Shown here: positions 1 to 14,222 of the stretch, one piece after another
Numbering within the stretch: position 1 is the first letter of the stretch
Layout: each line of letters begins with the position of its first letter
Assembly (NCBI RefSeq): GCF_006345805.1
Contig: NC_043010.1
Location: forward strand, 44,206,001-44,270,000
DNA: 64,000 nt
Direction: 5' to 3'
Origin: Octopus sinensis
Taxonomy: Eukaryota
The notes under the pieces: model-generated
Seen by the model: the letters and a program-made list of their open reading frames with translations, nothing else
Told to the model about the DNA's origin: nothing
The model's database searches: none
Program-made: the position numbers and the translations under genes

Positions 1-1183
1 AACGATTCTGCTATTTTGCTGCCTTATAATTATTATTAATGATAACAATGATTTACTTTATTTGCCACCAGGCATCAAATGAAGGGGACAATAATAATAA
101 TGATAATGGTTTCAAATTTTGCCACAAGGGAAGAAATTTTGGGGGAGGGGATAAGTTGATTACATCAACCCCAGTGTTTCACTGGTACTTCATTTATTGA
201 CCCAGAAAGGATGAAAAGCAAAGTTGACCATGACAGAATTTGGAAATAATAATAATGATGACAAGGTTAAAAGTTTTGGAAGATGAGTTAATCAATTAAT
301 CAACCCCTAGTACTTAATTTTATTGAAGCCAGATAGATAAAAGGTGAAGCTGACCTGGATAGGAGTTGAACTCAGAATGAGAATAAATGCCATAAGGCAT
401 TTTGTTTCATGCTATGGAAGGTTTAGCAGCAAATGCTTACCAAGTGTAAGTAAGTGTAATCTTATAGATCAGGAACTGAAAATAAGTCACATTACTTTCC
501 TCATAGTCTTTAAATTAACATGAAAAGAAACTAAACAAATGAGACTAAATGAAACCAAAGTGCCAGTGCTGAAGTGCAAGCAAAGATAGGTAATTACTGC
601 TTCTTGTAGTGTGTAATTCTACATACGGAATATGTTAAAGATATTCTGTAAGAGAAATGACTTGTTATGCTTTGCTTAAGAAATTTATTATTACTTGGGA
701 TATCCATCACTGTGTCAGCAGCAAAGTTAAATTAGAGATGTTACTTAAGACCGAAAATTGTTGACTTTATGGAAGGATTAACTGTGTGTGTAATAAGAAA
801 AAAAAGGTGAGACAGGATGGTGTTAGATTTAAAGAGAAGGGGGGAGAAAAAGGATAAGGGGATAGGAGGGAGGCATGGATAGGAAGGAGAGGAGGATAGG
901 AGGGAGAGGAAAATAGGAAAGGAGGGGGACGGGAGAATAAGAGGAAGAGGAGGAAGAAATGGGAAAGAGAGAGGAGGGCAATTGAGAATTGATTTGTTTC
1001 TTTGAAACTTAACAATTCAGATGAATCTTAAAAACTAAAACATTTTAAAGACCTTGCAGCAAAAACGTACCTTGTTAATTAGTGTTAAGTGCTAACTCAA
1101 TTAGCAATATTTTAGCTACACTTCACAAGTAAAGAGAAGGAAGTATTTAGTTGATAAAAATGCATCATGTTCATATAGTTTAA

Positions 1184-1401
1184 CCCTTTAGCATTTAAAC
1201 TGGCCATATCCAGCCCATATTCTACTAGTTTTATGTTCATACCAGCCAGATCTAGCCTCTCGCACCTGCCATACAATGTTACTGTAAAAATAAATAATTA
1301 CATCACTGAAATCTCAAAGCTACAAGATAATGCATGATTAATTAAAAACTGTGTAATTGAATAAGCATTACATTCAGCAGAGTAATCTGAATGCTAAATG
1401 G
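1184..1401 (+). mobile_element. piggyBac-type MITE (TTAA target site)
   Basis: TTAA|ccctttagcatt...aatgctaaatgg|TTAA. Same family as 57748-57967 in the opposite orientation. Confidence 0.75.
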
Positions 1402-3246
1402 TTAAATGTTTCTTTTGCAATATTTTTGGCTCCAAGTTTGATTCTACTGCTTGACACCCTGAATAAGTGTCTTCTATCATAGCTTTAGGTCAATCCATTA
1501 CTTAGTTTAACATCACTATCTGACCCTTAAGTGCCTTTAGCAGAGTCCACTTTGTTGCAAGCATTTGCATCCATATTAAGCTGGTCTCTAGCCTGAAAAG
1601 AACCTGATATGCTGTTTTCTACCACACCAACCCACAAGTCATGATCCCCATCCCCATTAGTCACACAGGTCCTGCAAAAATGTCATGGATGCTTCTCTTC
1701 CTTGTAGTCCTAGTAAGCTGATAGAAACCCTAAGAAAGCATTTCAAACAATAGTTTTAAACTATCAGAAGTCAATATAGTATGCGCTGATTCACTGGTTA
1801 ATGTACACTTGAAAGTGACTGCTGATGAAAACCAAAATAGAGTCCTGATTCAATGATACCTTGAGGATTCACAACTCAAATTATAATTCCTCACACTCCA
1901 TACAAATATTACAAGAAAACCTTTAAAAAAACAACATTACAATGAAAATTTTCCTACAACAAAATAAGATTCTTGAACTACATAACAAAGCAAAAATAAA
2001 GAAAAAAAACAGTCAGTAGGTAGGTGAAAATTGAACCCACATTTTCAACTGAAAGTCAAAGTAAAATATTGCTAGTTATTTACTTATTTTCAGTTTAAAT
2101 AACTTTATAACTTTACACATACATAAACACACTATAATCAACTTGCATGAGATTTTGTAGCATTATTCTGCTCTTTAGTAACAATCATAATTGTTGAGAG
2201 ATTCTTTACTGTGTAGCAAATAGAAAGTGGTTTTTAATTTCATTCAATGGAACTCCTATCATAACAAAACCCAATTTCTGTCCTTAGGTTACGTTCCACA
2301 GTTTATGGAAATATGTAGCAGAGTACCCTTTCTTCCAAACAACTAACCTAATGCACTCACTTTCAACATCTAAAAATGTAAATAGAGACAGTTCTAAACA
2401 AAAAAGTCTGTCTCATTGGATCTATGTAAGAATCACTTTGGTTTCTTTAAAACTAAATATAAAAATCCGCTTTTTCACAATGGTCACTTGTTTGCGAAAA
2501 CATTGGTGTTTTGCAGTAGCAAAGTCCTAGGATATTTGTTTCAGCATGCATAAACAGAGTTAGCTAATACACATATTCCACTGGTTTTGATTTGTCTCAA
2601 GCTTTCATTTGTTTCCTTACACAGTTCTTTCTGTACATTAATGGTCTTGTTTTTAATTACTATACTACCATTCTCCACTACCCCCTAGTTTTATTCAAAC
2701 TGGTGTTATTCACAGGATACATATCAGACTTGCTCTGTTATATGAGCAAAGACATTAAAAACATCTAATGAATAAGTCACATTTAAAACCGTCAACAATT
2801 GTCAATGATCTTTCATGGCAATCATGCATATATAACATTATCAAAAGTGCATTCCAAAAGCTAGTGTTTGTATTTAGAGTTGGAAAATATTTCCGTCCAT
2901 ATTAGATATATTGCTAGAACTCAAACAAGCTGAAGTTCATGTTGTCATAATGTGTACATAATTAAGACTGCAGCTGTTAAAAACTTATTTTCAAATGAAT
3001 GCTTGTAAACAATCTAAAGCCATTAATTAACCTATGTGATTGTTTTGTCAAATATGAGTTGAGAATTTGTAGTTTTAAAAGATTCTGGATATATTTACTT
3101 AGTTGAGTAAGTGTGAAAGACTAAACAAACAAATATTTGAAAAGGCTGTAAAACAAGAAAACATCAAATTTCAGTGGAAGAAAGACAGCAGTAAATAATG
3201 GCATAAAAAATACAAGAATTTAATCTACTGTTAAATGCAGACTTAC

Positions 3247-3336
3247 CGGTACCAATTGGACAATGGCTTCAGTTCCATTGGCTCCTTGCGATGGATGCTG
3301 GGCAGGGGCTGTTTCCACTGCAACACCACTATCGCT
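3247..3336 (-). CDS. Internal coding exon, 90 nt, phase 0/0: SDSGVAVETAPAQHPSQGANGTEAIVQLVP; gene continues beyond the left end of the window
   Basis: Acceptor tattatttttatag|AGC and donor CCG|gtaagt (3246-3241). It is a GC-richer, stop-free block in AT-rich sequence. Confidence 0.8.
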
Positions 3337-5411
3337 CTATAAAAATAATAAATTCATGGGAATTACAATTTTGAAGAGTAAATTCACATTAATTTTAATA
3401 TAACAAATCATATGATAGCTCTCTTTCTCTGTGAAAAATGTAACAATTTAGATGAAAACCACCTGTGTGTGTGTGTGTGTGTCTGTATGTATGTATGTGT
3501 GTGTGTATGTATGTATGTTTGTATATATATATAATTTATAAACAATTGTGAGCATATAGGCACAAAACAAAGTGGAAAAAATTGTATTCAAATATCAAAG
3601 TTAGAGTAAAATAGCATTTTATTGAAGCTGAAAAGACTTCACAAACTGTTACTCAGAGTAACTAATCATGAGAGAATTGTGGGTATTTAGATGTTTATAT
3701 ACACACATACACACACACAAATTTACAGCTGAGAAGATTTATAAGAAGAAGCAATAATTTATATAGTGGGATGACAGGTTATCTTCCATATTACTGCTGT
3801 AAACTTAAAAGAGAATAGAAATAGAAAGCAGAATAATAGAACATGGTACAAACACGAAATGTTGAATTTCTTAAAGAAACAAATGCTGTTTCTTAAACTT
3901 TTATTTAATGTTTAATTTTTCATATAAAGTATATATTTAACAAAGATAATATTGTCACCAACACAAGAATCTGATCAATATACTGAATCAAATAGTACTA
4001 CCATTGTTAAATATATAGTTTATATAATTACATTTTTTATATTAAAAAGAAAAAAAAAACAGCAAAAACAAAAAAAATTTTTTATTAAATATAAAGACTT
4101 GGAAACAGCTTGCTTGTGCTAGTGATGATTATTGAAAATTCTGTATATCAGATGCCAGTCAGTAGGTTTCAGGGGTCATTAGAAGAAAGTGCACAGTGTT
4201 TTGGGGCCTTCCTCTAAGCTTTACAGCATAGTTGTCCCAACCAATTGATGTGAGCCCCTGCCCTTTACTGGATCAATTGACTTGCATTTGATCTTAAATC
4301 TACCTTAAGATCATCATCACCATTCAAACTGTGGAAGTTTTATCATTTATTTCATTAGAAAATTGAGTAAAGTTCATGTTTGTATTTTATTGTTTTCTGT
4401 TAGGGTTTACTTTTATGTTTACAGCTGTAGTATGAATGATTGCCTGATAGATTCCCCATCAATTGAAATAGGAGAGGGTAAATAAAAGCAAGCGGAATTA
4501 ATAAGAGTATTGCAAGGGAACACAATATAATGGCTGTAGTAAGATCTTAATTTATCACAATCTGAACAGTAGTTTAGTTTTAAATCATTGTACCATACGT
4601 ATTGTTTTATTATAATTTACATGTGGCTTCCCTATCAGAGGAGAGAGTGCTTGAAGTGTGATATAGAGTTAAGTATATTTATTATAATATAGCAGTTAAA
4701 GATGACTATCTGTAACTTAAATTTTCTTTGGCAACAAAGGTGGATTCTCAGCAAAGATTCTTTATGAGATGCTGAGCATGATAAAATTCATGCAACATAC
4801 TTGGTCATGTGGTGGGTCTTAGAAAAGTCTTTCAACATAAGAAACTATGTTGAAAACTGGGATGTATGAATGAAACATGGACTTTACAAGCCACGTCACA
4901 GTCTGCCTATTGAGGACAGCAGTAACTTAATAAGAACTGATGTTGACAGTTAACATCTGTTCAAATCTAACCAACATGAAAAAATAAATGTAAAAATAAT
5001 GACGATCATAGTAATAATGATGGTGATGGGGATGATGATCACTTTGTTCACTTCATTCAATAGTTTGCACTCTTGCTGAGATATTTGCTATACTGCTCAA
5101 CTTGATAGTAGCTGACATTTTTTTAGTTTATATTTTATACTATATATATAATATCATCATTGCCACCAAATTCTATTAAGTCATGATATGGAATCTGCCA
5201 GCATAAAACTTGAAATTACAGAGCAGTAGTTTATATATATAGATATATAAATATATATATATATATAACTAAAAATAAGGGTGTCTGAGAGACACCACCA
5301 TGCCGAAATAGCAGTCAAATCCCTGACTCTAAAAACCATGTTAAATGTTCATATCGCACCATGAGATAAGACAGAGGGACAAAATAGACTAGCAAAAAAT
5401 ATTACTGAATA

Positions 5412-5470
5412 ATTCAAGATCCTGGATTTCTAGCTTTGCTTTAAATAAGCTTTGCCATCATCGGTTGAAT
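5412..5470 (-). ncRNA. Type I hammerhead ribozyme motif (CCGAUGA core variant)
   Basis: Minus strand reads AUUCAA CCGAUGA UGGC-aaagcuuauuuaaagcaaa-GCUA GAAA UCCAGGA UC UUGAAU. Helix I is a perfect 6 bp, helix II is UGGC/GCUA, helix III is near-palindromic and the site is AUC. Confidence 0.7.
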
Positions 5471-6759
5471 ATATCAAAGCACATAAATACAAATATATTT
5501 ATGCAGAACAAATATATATATGCAGAACATATATATATAAATAAGTTTTAGGTGTTTGTATGTTGTCTTTTCACATTCAGTTTTTCCATGCTAGCATGAA
5601 TTACAAGAATACATATTATTGAAGCACTGTTTTAGTTTTGAGTTGAATACCTTTCCTGTTACTGCCCCTTGCTCATCTTTTCAAGTAAAAGAATTTTCAT
5701 TGCATTTGTCAAGGGACACATACACATACATCATCATCATTTTGACATCCGCCTTTCTGTTTGCAAGGATCAGATTGAATCTACTGAGGCAAATTTTCTA
5801 CAGCCAAATGCCGATCCTGTTGTCAACCCTTACCCGTTTCCAAGCAAGGGATTATTTTCTCACGGACAGACATGTTTTTACAGAAGATTAGAAATGAAGG
5901 ACACTTCTTGTTTAAATTATCATCCAATTTCAAGACAAGGAGACACAAAAACACTCCCTGCCCACATAAGCATATTTACATATATGTTAATTTGTTTATG
6001 TCATAACTATGTGGTTCTGAGTTCAAGATGCCATTTACAACTAGATGAAGATGCTACTGTGTGTTGTATATTAAGTAGCAGAGGCCTCCTCTTTCAAAAC
6101 AGAAGTTATTTGCAGCTAAATAAAAAAAAATGAGTTTCAACTATGAGAAAATTTTGTACAAATATCTAGTTAAAATCTATGCCTTTACTAAAGAAAATAT
6201 GATGAATGTAAATTTGGGTGACCCGTTGGAGGCAAGAATGGGAGTAGTGGCTAGTATTACAGGGGGAGGGGAGTCACTAGTTGTAGCTACACATGTACTG
6301 GTAGAAGAAAGAAAGAAAGCAAAGGGATATTATATACTGTCAAATCTGATATAGTCCTCTGATTGTCACTCAAGCTGTGTGGTGTATGTGTGTGTGTGTG
6401 TGAGGGGGGGAGGGCGATATTATTGTATTGGACAAACAACAATTACCTAGCAATGTTAGAGAATGAAGATAGGCCCTAAATAACAAAATAAAAATTTAAA
6501 AAATGAGAGGCAAGCAAGTTGCAGAGAATAGAAGCTGAAGTTGATGTATGGACAAAGTATATCAGATAAATAAGTGGAATTACAGCAGTGTTTCTCAGCC
6601 ATTTTTATCTTATTCTCCACCTTGACTTTCTGGAGATAACAAAAAAAACAAAAAAAAAAAAAACAAAAAAAAAACTTACATCCCACGACAAACAAAGTTA
6701 GCATATAGATAAGAAAATGAGATGACAAAGGAATAAATGATTATCTTATGAACTTCATA

Positions 6760-6840
6760 AGCTAACAGCTGTTTCTGCTATACCACGCAGTGGCCTCATA
6801 GTAGAGTACCCGAGTAACACTTTATAGCTTCATTGGAACC
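6760..6840 (-). ncRNA. Degenerate hammerhead motif with long helix II insert (same family as 42781-42862)
   Basis: GGUU CCAAUGA A GCUAUA-(40 nt)-UAUAGC A GAAA CAGCUG UU AGCU. The flank tgagatgacaaaggaataaa...ttatcttatgaacttcat is shared with the copy at 42740. Confidence 0.55.
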
Positions 6841-8054
6841 ACGAATATGAAATGCAATTTATTTCAATATATATACATACACATTCACTCAAAAGAAGCT
6901 TTCATTTAAACTTTATAGCAAGTTTTATTCACCTATTACTTATATCTCACCAAAATATAGTCTTGCCCCATGGGGGGGGGGTTATGCATCCCTTTTGAAA
7001 CACTGATGTAGATAGATAAATAAATAAGAAGAAAGAATGCAGTTTTAAGTTAGTGTTTGTTATTATCACTAGAATCATCAATGGAAATGATGTAACTGTT
7101 AGGCTGATGAGTAAAAATAAAAGTTAAATGAATAAAAAAATTATCCATTAAAATCAGAGATAATTTTCTCAATTATATGATACCGATCAAATAATTTATA
7201 GAGATTAATGATACTGAACAAATAAATCATCATCACCAGTGGCATATGTGAATAAAATAAACTAAATGAATAAACAAATGTGTAAGTAAAAGTAGATAAA
7301 AAAATAAAGGAGTGAATGAATAGTTCTAAAGATGGCGAAAATCAACTGTCTTTTCATACAATTTCTTCATGGACAATATCTCTGCCTGAAAATTTAGATT
7401 TAATCTAAAGGGCATTATAGCACTCAAACATACACTGTCGGACACATTAATTTATTTGTTGAGCTAGCTGCCAGCAAATGCATTATGTACATCAGGTTCT
7501 CAGATCAAATGAAGTCCTTAATTCGATGTTACTATAAATTCAATGTTGACAAAATAAGACAGATGATATTCTAGAAGGTATTGAAAATGGATGGGCTCTT
7601 TTTGTCCATGAAAAGACTGTATAAAAAACCAGTCACTTATACTTGTATTTAATTCAGTTGCTTTGTGAGTGAATTTGGAAGAAGGAAACTGTGTGGAAGA
7701 CTATCATATGTATATATGTGTGTGCATGTGTTTTTGTGCTTGCCCTTCACCTTGTTTAGCAAAAGAGATCAATGCAATAAACACCAGACTTAAAAAAATA
7801 AGTACAGGAGGCGATTTGCTTTCCTAAACTCTTCAAGATGGTCCCCTAAGCATGGCTAAAGCCCAATGACTAAAATAAATGAAAAATAAAAGATAAAGAT
7901 ACATGCAATGTTGGTGAAAACTTAGATTTATTCTAAAGTATATTATAGTGTAAAAACATGCCTCACTAAATTTATACATTCATACACATATACATACATA
8001 TATGTGTGTGTGTGTGTGTGTATAAATATATATGTATGTATGACCATCCATTTG

Positions 8055-8860
8055 AAATGCTAGAAATAGTAACCAAATTTCCCTTAAATCACAGAGCCTA
8101 CAATTTAAAAAATGCAACATGTACAATTTAGCCTCTGATGCACAAAAAAGACAGATCACAGCTTGAACACTTTTTTTTTTTATCATAGGTCTGAATGATC
8201 AAAGCTAACCTGTAGCTGAGAAATATTTAAAGGACCCTCTACATAGTAGATTGACTATCTAAAAATAGCAGTCATAATTCTCATAAATCACATACTACCA
8301 ACTTCAAAATGTAAGGATATATTGGGGTGCACAATGCCTGATATTTACAAAGATAGATGGAAGGTTTTCGTTGAAGACCTTTTAAAACTAGAAATATCCA
8401 GCAAAAGTTCTTCTAAATTACACATTTTACCATCTTAGAAAAAGGTTATATTGGGATATGTAATCCTTGACATTGACAAAGATGGGCAGAAGGCTTTCAT
8501 TTGAACTCGACTCAGCCTAAGAAATAAATAACCAACTTTCACCAACATCACACATCCTACCATCCTAAAGAAAAAGCTCATATATAAAATACCAATGGCA
8601 ATCTCCTTAAATCACAAACACTAGTCTTTAGAAAAAAAGAGAGGACACATTGGATAAAGTAGTCCCTAATGTATAAAAACAGATGATATTTACAACTAGA
8701 ACACTTTTTTACCAATGGTCTGATCAAGCTGGGTCCACATAACTTAGAGAAACCTTATGTGGTAACCACTAACAGAGCCTCTTAGCAGTTGTCCAAGCTA
8801 TTACAGATAGCAACCAAATCTCCCTCAAACAACACATTCTACATATATTTACTTTAAAAA
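8055..8860 (+). repeat. Decayed head-to-tail array of a dispersed repeat
   Basis: The motif tagaaatagcagccaaat..cctcaaatcacac..ctaccatcttaaaaa...acattggataa recurs about 6 times. Single copies occur at about 11020-11145, 23685, 52320, 54030-54200, 56530-56690 and 62330-62420. Confidence 0.55.
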
Positions 8861-10249
8861 AAATAATTGCCATTAAGTGTATTGCTGGGAAGACAATTGA
8901 ACATATAAAGAGTTTAATTATCAAACACTACACAACTTTAAATTCACTAATTTTTGAATATTTGTTCTCTTAATACAAACAGACAACTAAGATGTGAGAT
9001 AACCTATATCAAGAAATTCATAAAACTGTATAGTTTGCTTCAGGATAGTCAACAAGCTAAAAATTCTTCAGAAGAAATTTCCGCATGTGACAACAGATAG
9101 ACATAACCTCAGCCTTTTGACTTGAGAGTTATGGAAGTCTGTTTCACTACCTAGAACTTATAATTAAGCATATAATTAGATATTCATTTGGAATATGAGT
9201 AGCTCTGTCAATAATATTCCAGGTTATAAAAGAATGATCATGTCTTTGGTCTCTGACTTTCTAAATAAATTGAGACAAGGAAATAGAGTTTGAACTATTC
9301 CTAAAGGAGCACAATGTTGATTGTAATGTGCCTTGAAATTGCAAGTCCCATACAGTTCCTTTTGTATAATTAATGCTTGATATATCACTCCTTTGGAGAG
9401 GTATGATCTTCAGAGCAAACAAATAGATTGATGTCAACAAATGCAAAATGACTATTAAAATGAGGGCAGGGTGGATATGTGATAGTAGATGACAAGAACA
9501 GCTAACCATGACACTGTTCATTAAAACAGTTTACTTTATTTTCAAAGTATACAATGGGAAAAGTTCAAAGAGCTACTGGTTCTGCTCACAGCAAAGGGAT
9601 TCTCTCTGTCTAAAAAGCAAAAACCATAACAGAATTAGAGAATATCTGTGTGCTATGGAAAAGTGAGAAAAAAATGGAAAAATATGAAGAAAGCATAATT
9701 TTTGATAGAGAAAGTTGAGAACTGAGGGTCTATGAGATAGGGAATGAGCGTGGGAAAAAGTAAAGAAAAAGATGACTCAGGTGAGCATTTTATATCAGAT
9801 ATAGAGCTAACAAGAGTTAATATAAAAACTATAGTTGTATACTAGTATTTAAAATAAAAAAAAAAGAAAGAGAGAGAGCCAGAATTGGTTGGAGAGATCT
9901 AGATACTTTAAGGAGCAAATTGCCTTTTTCAAGGACACAAATAAATTTAGTGAGTTGAACAACGAGCTTTGTTATGAATGTCAGAATATCTGATCAATTT
10001 TCATTTGTACAGGAAAGCTAAAAGAGCACTTTTTGTTGTATTAGCCTTTTGTTTAAATAATAAAAAACACTATCTCTGTCCGTTTATTCACAGATGTAGG
10101 AATCACATAATAATGTTCCCATGTAACAGGCTTTTCTAGAAAATATTTTATTCTTCCCCAAAATATAAGCTAATTTTAATGAGGATTCACTGAACACTTT
10201 TTAAAGTATTCATCATAAAATGGATTATAGGAGACTTCATTTGATTAGT

Positions 10250-10452
10250 AGATTTCAAATTTTGGTACAAGACCAGCAATTTTGGGGAAAAGGATAAGTC
10301 AATTACATTGGCTCCAGTACTCATCTAGTACTTATTTTATTGACACTGAAAGGATGAAAGGCAAAGTCAACCTCAGCGGAATTTGAACTCAGAACGTGAA
10401 GATGGATGAAATACCACCAAGCGTTTTGTCTGACATGCTAACAATTCCACCT
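10250..10452 (-). mobile_element. SINE (Meta-like family). Further decayed copies at about 105-420, 30840-31025, 50920-51285, 56360-56480, 57410-57530 and 60540-60680
   Basis: tacttattttattgac..gaaaggatgaaaggcaaagtcaacctcagcggaatttgaactcagaac. Confidence 0.8.
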
Positions 10453-12492
10453 TATTTCATATGATTAATATTGGCATGATACAGTTCAAATAATAATCAG
10501 TAGTGGTAGTAGAATGGAAATGCAAGAGATATAACTTGTAATTTATATTTCGAAAGAAATTAATGGTTTGTCTTTCTAATAAAGATGTATGCTAACCAGC
10601 CGTTCTAATGTAAAGAAAGTTAATTATCAAATTAAAATCAGTTATATATAATCAATTTGTGCTTAAAATACTTATCTGGCATTAAGGCATCAAAAGTAAA
10701 ATAATGTTGAATTATAATAGAAGTTACTGTTTAGGAAATCTCTTTCAGATGTAATCAGACTTAGTTTTCAAGCATAAACTAAAAGAGAGGGAGCTCTAGC
10801 ATAGAGACATTTTATCAGACACTTTAACAACAGAACAAACCAGTAAGTCCATGAAGCTTAGTTACAACCTTATTTATCAAACATTATTTATTTGCAGGTA
10901 TTAATTTTTAATACATTCATGTTTACAAGCCTTTATTTATAAATTAAATACTATGGGCTAAAACAATTGGTTATTGTTTAAATGAGTTCAGTTTTGATCA
11001 AGGAGAGCTATGTTGAAGGCATTCCAGCCTTGATCATTCTGTCTTTTCAGGGTTTTTTAGGACAATATTATCTAATCTGACCTTCCCCTTTTAAAGACAA
11101 TGCTGTGTGATTTAAGGAAGATTTATCTGCTATTCTAGCAGACCTATTCTAGCTCTTTTGTTTGCTTGATTAAATGATTGATTCTGGGGAGAAGACTAAA
11201 GATGGTTTAAACTTGGCAAGAACCAGTTTTATAAGTGTTATTTAACGAACTATTTTAGCTTGGAAGCTGTAATGTACTGCCAATAATGTGAAGATATAAA
11301 AGTGCACTATAGAAGATTTCAAATAAAAATACATTACATATTTGTTAAAACAACAGAATGAGTTATGAGTGAGGGAGGAAAATAGAAGGAAAAAAATCAA
11401 CCAAAACAACATTTGTTGTTATAACAGAAAGATACAAGTGATAGGGGGATAAAATGATTATTTCAGTATAGATACACACAACCATGCATACACACAAATA
11501 CTACCTCATCATGATTGTTCATGAGCCACTGTTGAATGTAGGAATCGCCCATCTCTTTCCATTTTTCATGTGCTTTCTGAAAGCACATACATACATATTT
11601 ATATATACAATCCTTATATATTATATAATTTTTATATTACTGAATATGAAAGAAACGTTGCTATATCTTTTATGTATAACATGCAATTTATTAAATAAAC
11701 AATTTTAAAAGGTGCAAAAGTAGCATAAATACATCTTTCTGGAACAGACAGAAAGAGAGAAAAGTATAAAAAGAACCATTCAGGTAAGTACAGGTAAGTA
11801 GCATTTTATTCCTTGCTTAGTTATGTTCTTTAAAAGGAACTAGACCCAAAGAAGAATTTACTAAATTACTCTTTATTTATGAAAGTTCTTGTTATTTTGT
11901 AAGATGATCTCGGGTGGAGTCGAGATTTACTGATATAATATGAAATATTAAGGCTATCAGAGTACTTCTTGTTTAAGCAGGTATCAGTTGCTTTCTTCTT
12001 ACATTTAATATTTTTCTTTGAAACAGCAAACAAGTGAAACGATCAACTTCTCATGCTATTTGAGACCATCCCAGTCTAAATATTACTTGTGATAATAAAT
12101 TTCAGTTACTATACATGATAATTACATGCATAGCCTGGAAGTTCGTGATAGTGATACTTTAAAGGGCCCATGTGTAAACAACATAATTTCATCTACAGTG
12201 GCATTATTTTGTCCTTACAACTTTATAATATTCTCTCGAGTCTTACACAGGAGGTGGGTTGAGAAAGAAAAATTCTACTGGACATTTTCTTACAGAATGT
12301 GTGTTTCACATCACCATCACACATCATCATGGGTGGTGCTAGAGTAGTACAGCAGTAAATTATTGGCTTCAATTCACACTGGAACCACTTTTATTAGTTG
12401 TATTGCTAATAACCCTAGGGAAATACATAAGCTTAGAAATTCTCTTTGGTACTTCTTATGTTTATGTAAGAAACATTACTACTATTATTATT

Positions 12493-12706
12493 AAGGCATC
12501 AAGGCGGCAGAATTGTTAGCATGCCGGGTTAAATACTTAGCAGCATTTTGTCCATCTGCAAGTTCTGAGTTCAACTTCCACCAAAGTTGTTTTTGCCTTT
12601 CATCCTTTTGGGGTTGATAAAATAAGTACCAGTTGAGTACTGGTGTTGATATAATTGACTATCTCCCTCTCCCAAAATTCCAGGCCTTGTGCCTTTAGTA
12701 GAAATG

Positions 12707-12747
<41 letters not shown>

Positions 12748-12960
12748 GGCAATGAACTGGCAGAATCATTAGCATGCTGGGTAAAATGCTTAGTGGTATT
12801 TCGTCTGTCTTTATGTTCTGAGTTCAAATTCTGCCAAGGTTGACTTTGCCTTTCATCCTTTTGGGCTTGATAAAATAAATACCAGTTGAGCACTGGGGTT
12901 GATGTAATCAACTTACTCCCACCCTAAAGTAACTGGCTTTATGCCATAGTTTAAAGCCAT
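12493..12960 (+). mobile_element. Two tandem SINE copies (Meta-like family) separated by (ATT)n
   Basis: aaggc...gagttcaa..gcctttcatccttttggggttgataaaataagtaccagttgag occurs at 12493-12706 and 12746-12960. Confidence 0.85.
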
Positions 12961-13359
12961 CATTATTATTATCATTAATAATGGGAACTGGTACAGATGG
13001 TACAAAGTCATACTGGATGCTCAACAGCATATAGTAATAACTAGTTTCAAAATTGAGATCTAGTAGTAAAATGACTAATCACAATACAATTGGTGAATAA
13101 TTATACAAAATAACCCCCCCCCCCCAAAAAAAACTAGCAGTTATAGATTAACAAAAACAAAAACTCTAAATAGTAGTGTGACACTACTAAAAGCGAAGTC
13201 TCTTTCAAACAAGCAAAACTGCACTATTATGTCATTAATATTACAAAATGCATTACACTGCTTTATTAACAAAAACATATACACATTCTCAGATATGTGT
13301 GCAAATGAATGGTGCATACTAAATCAGCAATAAGAATATAACAGGAAAATCTCTTATTT

Positions 13360-14222
13360 ATAAGTTACATGCATGAATTTGTGGCATCTTTTCAGTTTGA
13401 AACACCAGATCTGATTTTTTTGAATATTTATTCACAAATGTAGTTTTTTATGCGGATGACCATCTCTTCATTCATTTTTTTCTGCCCCCTATTGCTGGGA
13501 GGGAGGTGAGGGTAGAATCCTCAGGCACCTCCTTCATAGGGTTCTAGAAGCAACCATCATTACATTTTCCGGTTGGATTCCCAAGCGAGACCAACTGGGA
13601 CTGGATATTATCCAACTGTCTTGTTCTTGGTCTACACTTAGGTTTCCTGCCAGTTGGCTTGGCTTGAATCTGTATTGTGATTCTTTCCTGTGACAGTCTG
13701 TAATCAAGCCAATGGCAAAAATCATAACTATTTTTGGGAGAAATTGATAAAAAGTTACAAACTTTTAAAGATTAAAATTTTTTTGAATTTCAGCCAATCA
13801 CAGATATAAGCAATCTTGAAGCATCAGAAATTGGAATTGCTATATATTCCTATAGTTATACCTGGTAGTGGTGGTGTTGATGGTGATGGTACACACAACA
13901 CCCACCACCATAGCCCCTAAACTGTCACTACAGCCACCAGATAGTAGTAGTACTGCAACCGCTTTTTTGAAATGGAAACATGGTAATTCAAACATCTGGC
14001 ATGTTGAGATTGACTGCATGTAATTTAATGAAATTCGAAGGGGTATGTGGAGAAACAATCTTTAAAGGTTTTTAACTTTTTAATTATTAACTTCTCTCCA
14101 AAATAGTTATGATTTTCATAATTAGCATGAAAAACTACACCAGTGTAGAAATCCTTGTAAAAGAATCAGATCTGACGTTTGAAAGTGAAAAGATTTTATT
14201 TGTGAATTAAAAACGACCTTGA
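13360..14222. mobile_element. Foldback-like element with long imperfect inverted arms; left arm interrupted at about 13450-13690
   Basis: 13385-13420 is inverted at about 14158-14195 (atcttttcagtttgaaacaccagatctgatt / aatcagatctgacgtttgaaagtgaaaagat). 13714-13773 is inverted at about 14056-14120. Confidence 0.65.

Noticed and set aside
3645-3660. ACUCUGAG UA ACAGU on the minus strand, like a hammerhead helix III plus cleavage site
   Set aside because: The GAAA and CUGANGA parts are absent; at most a truncated remnant.
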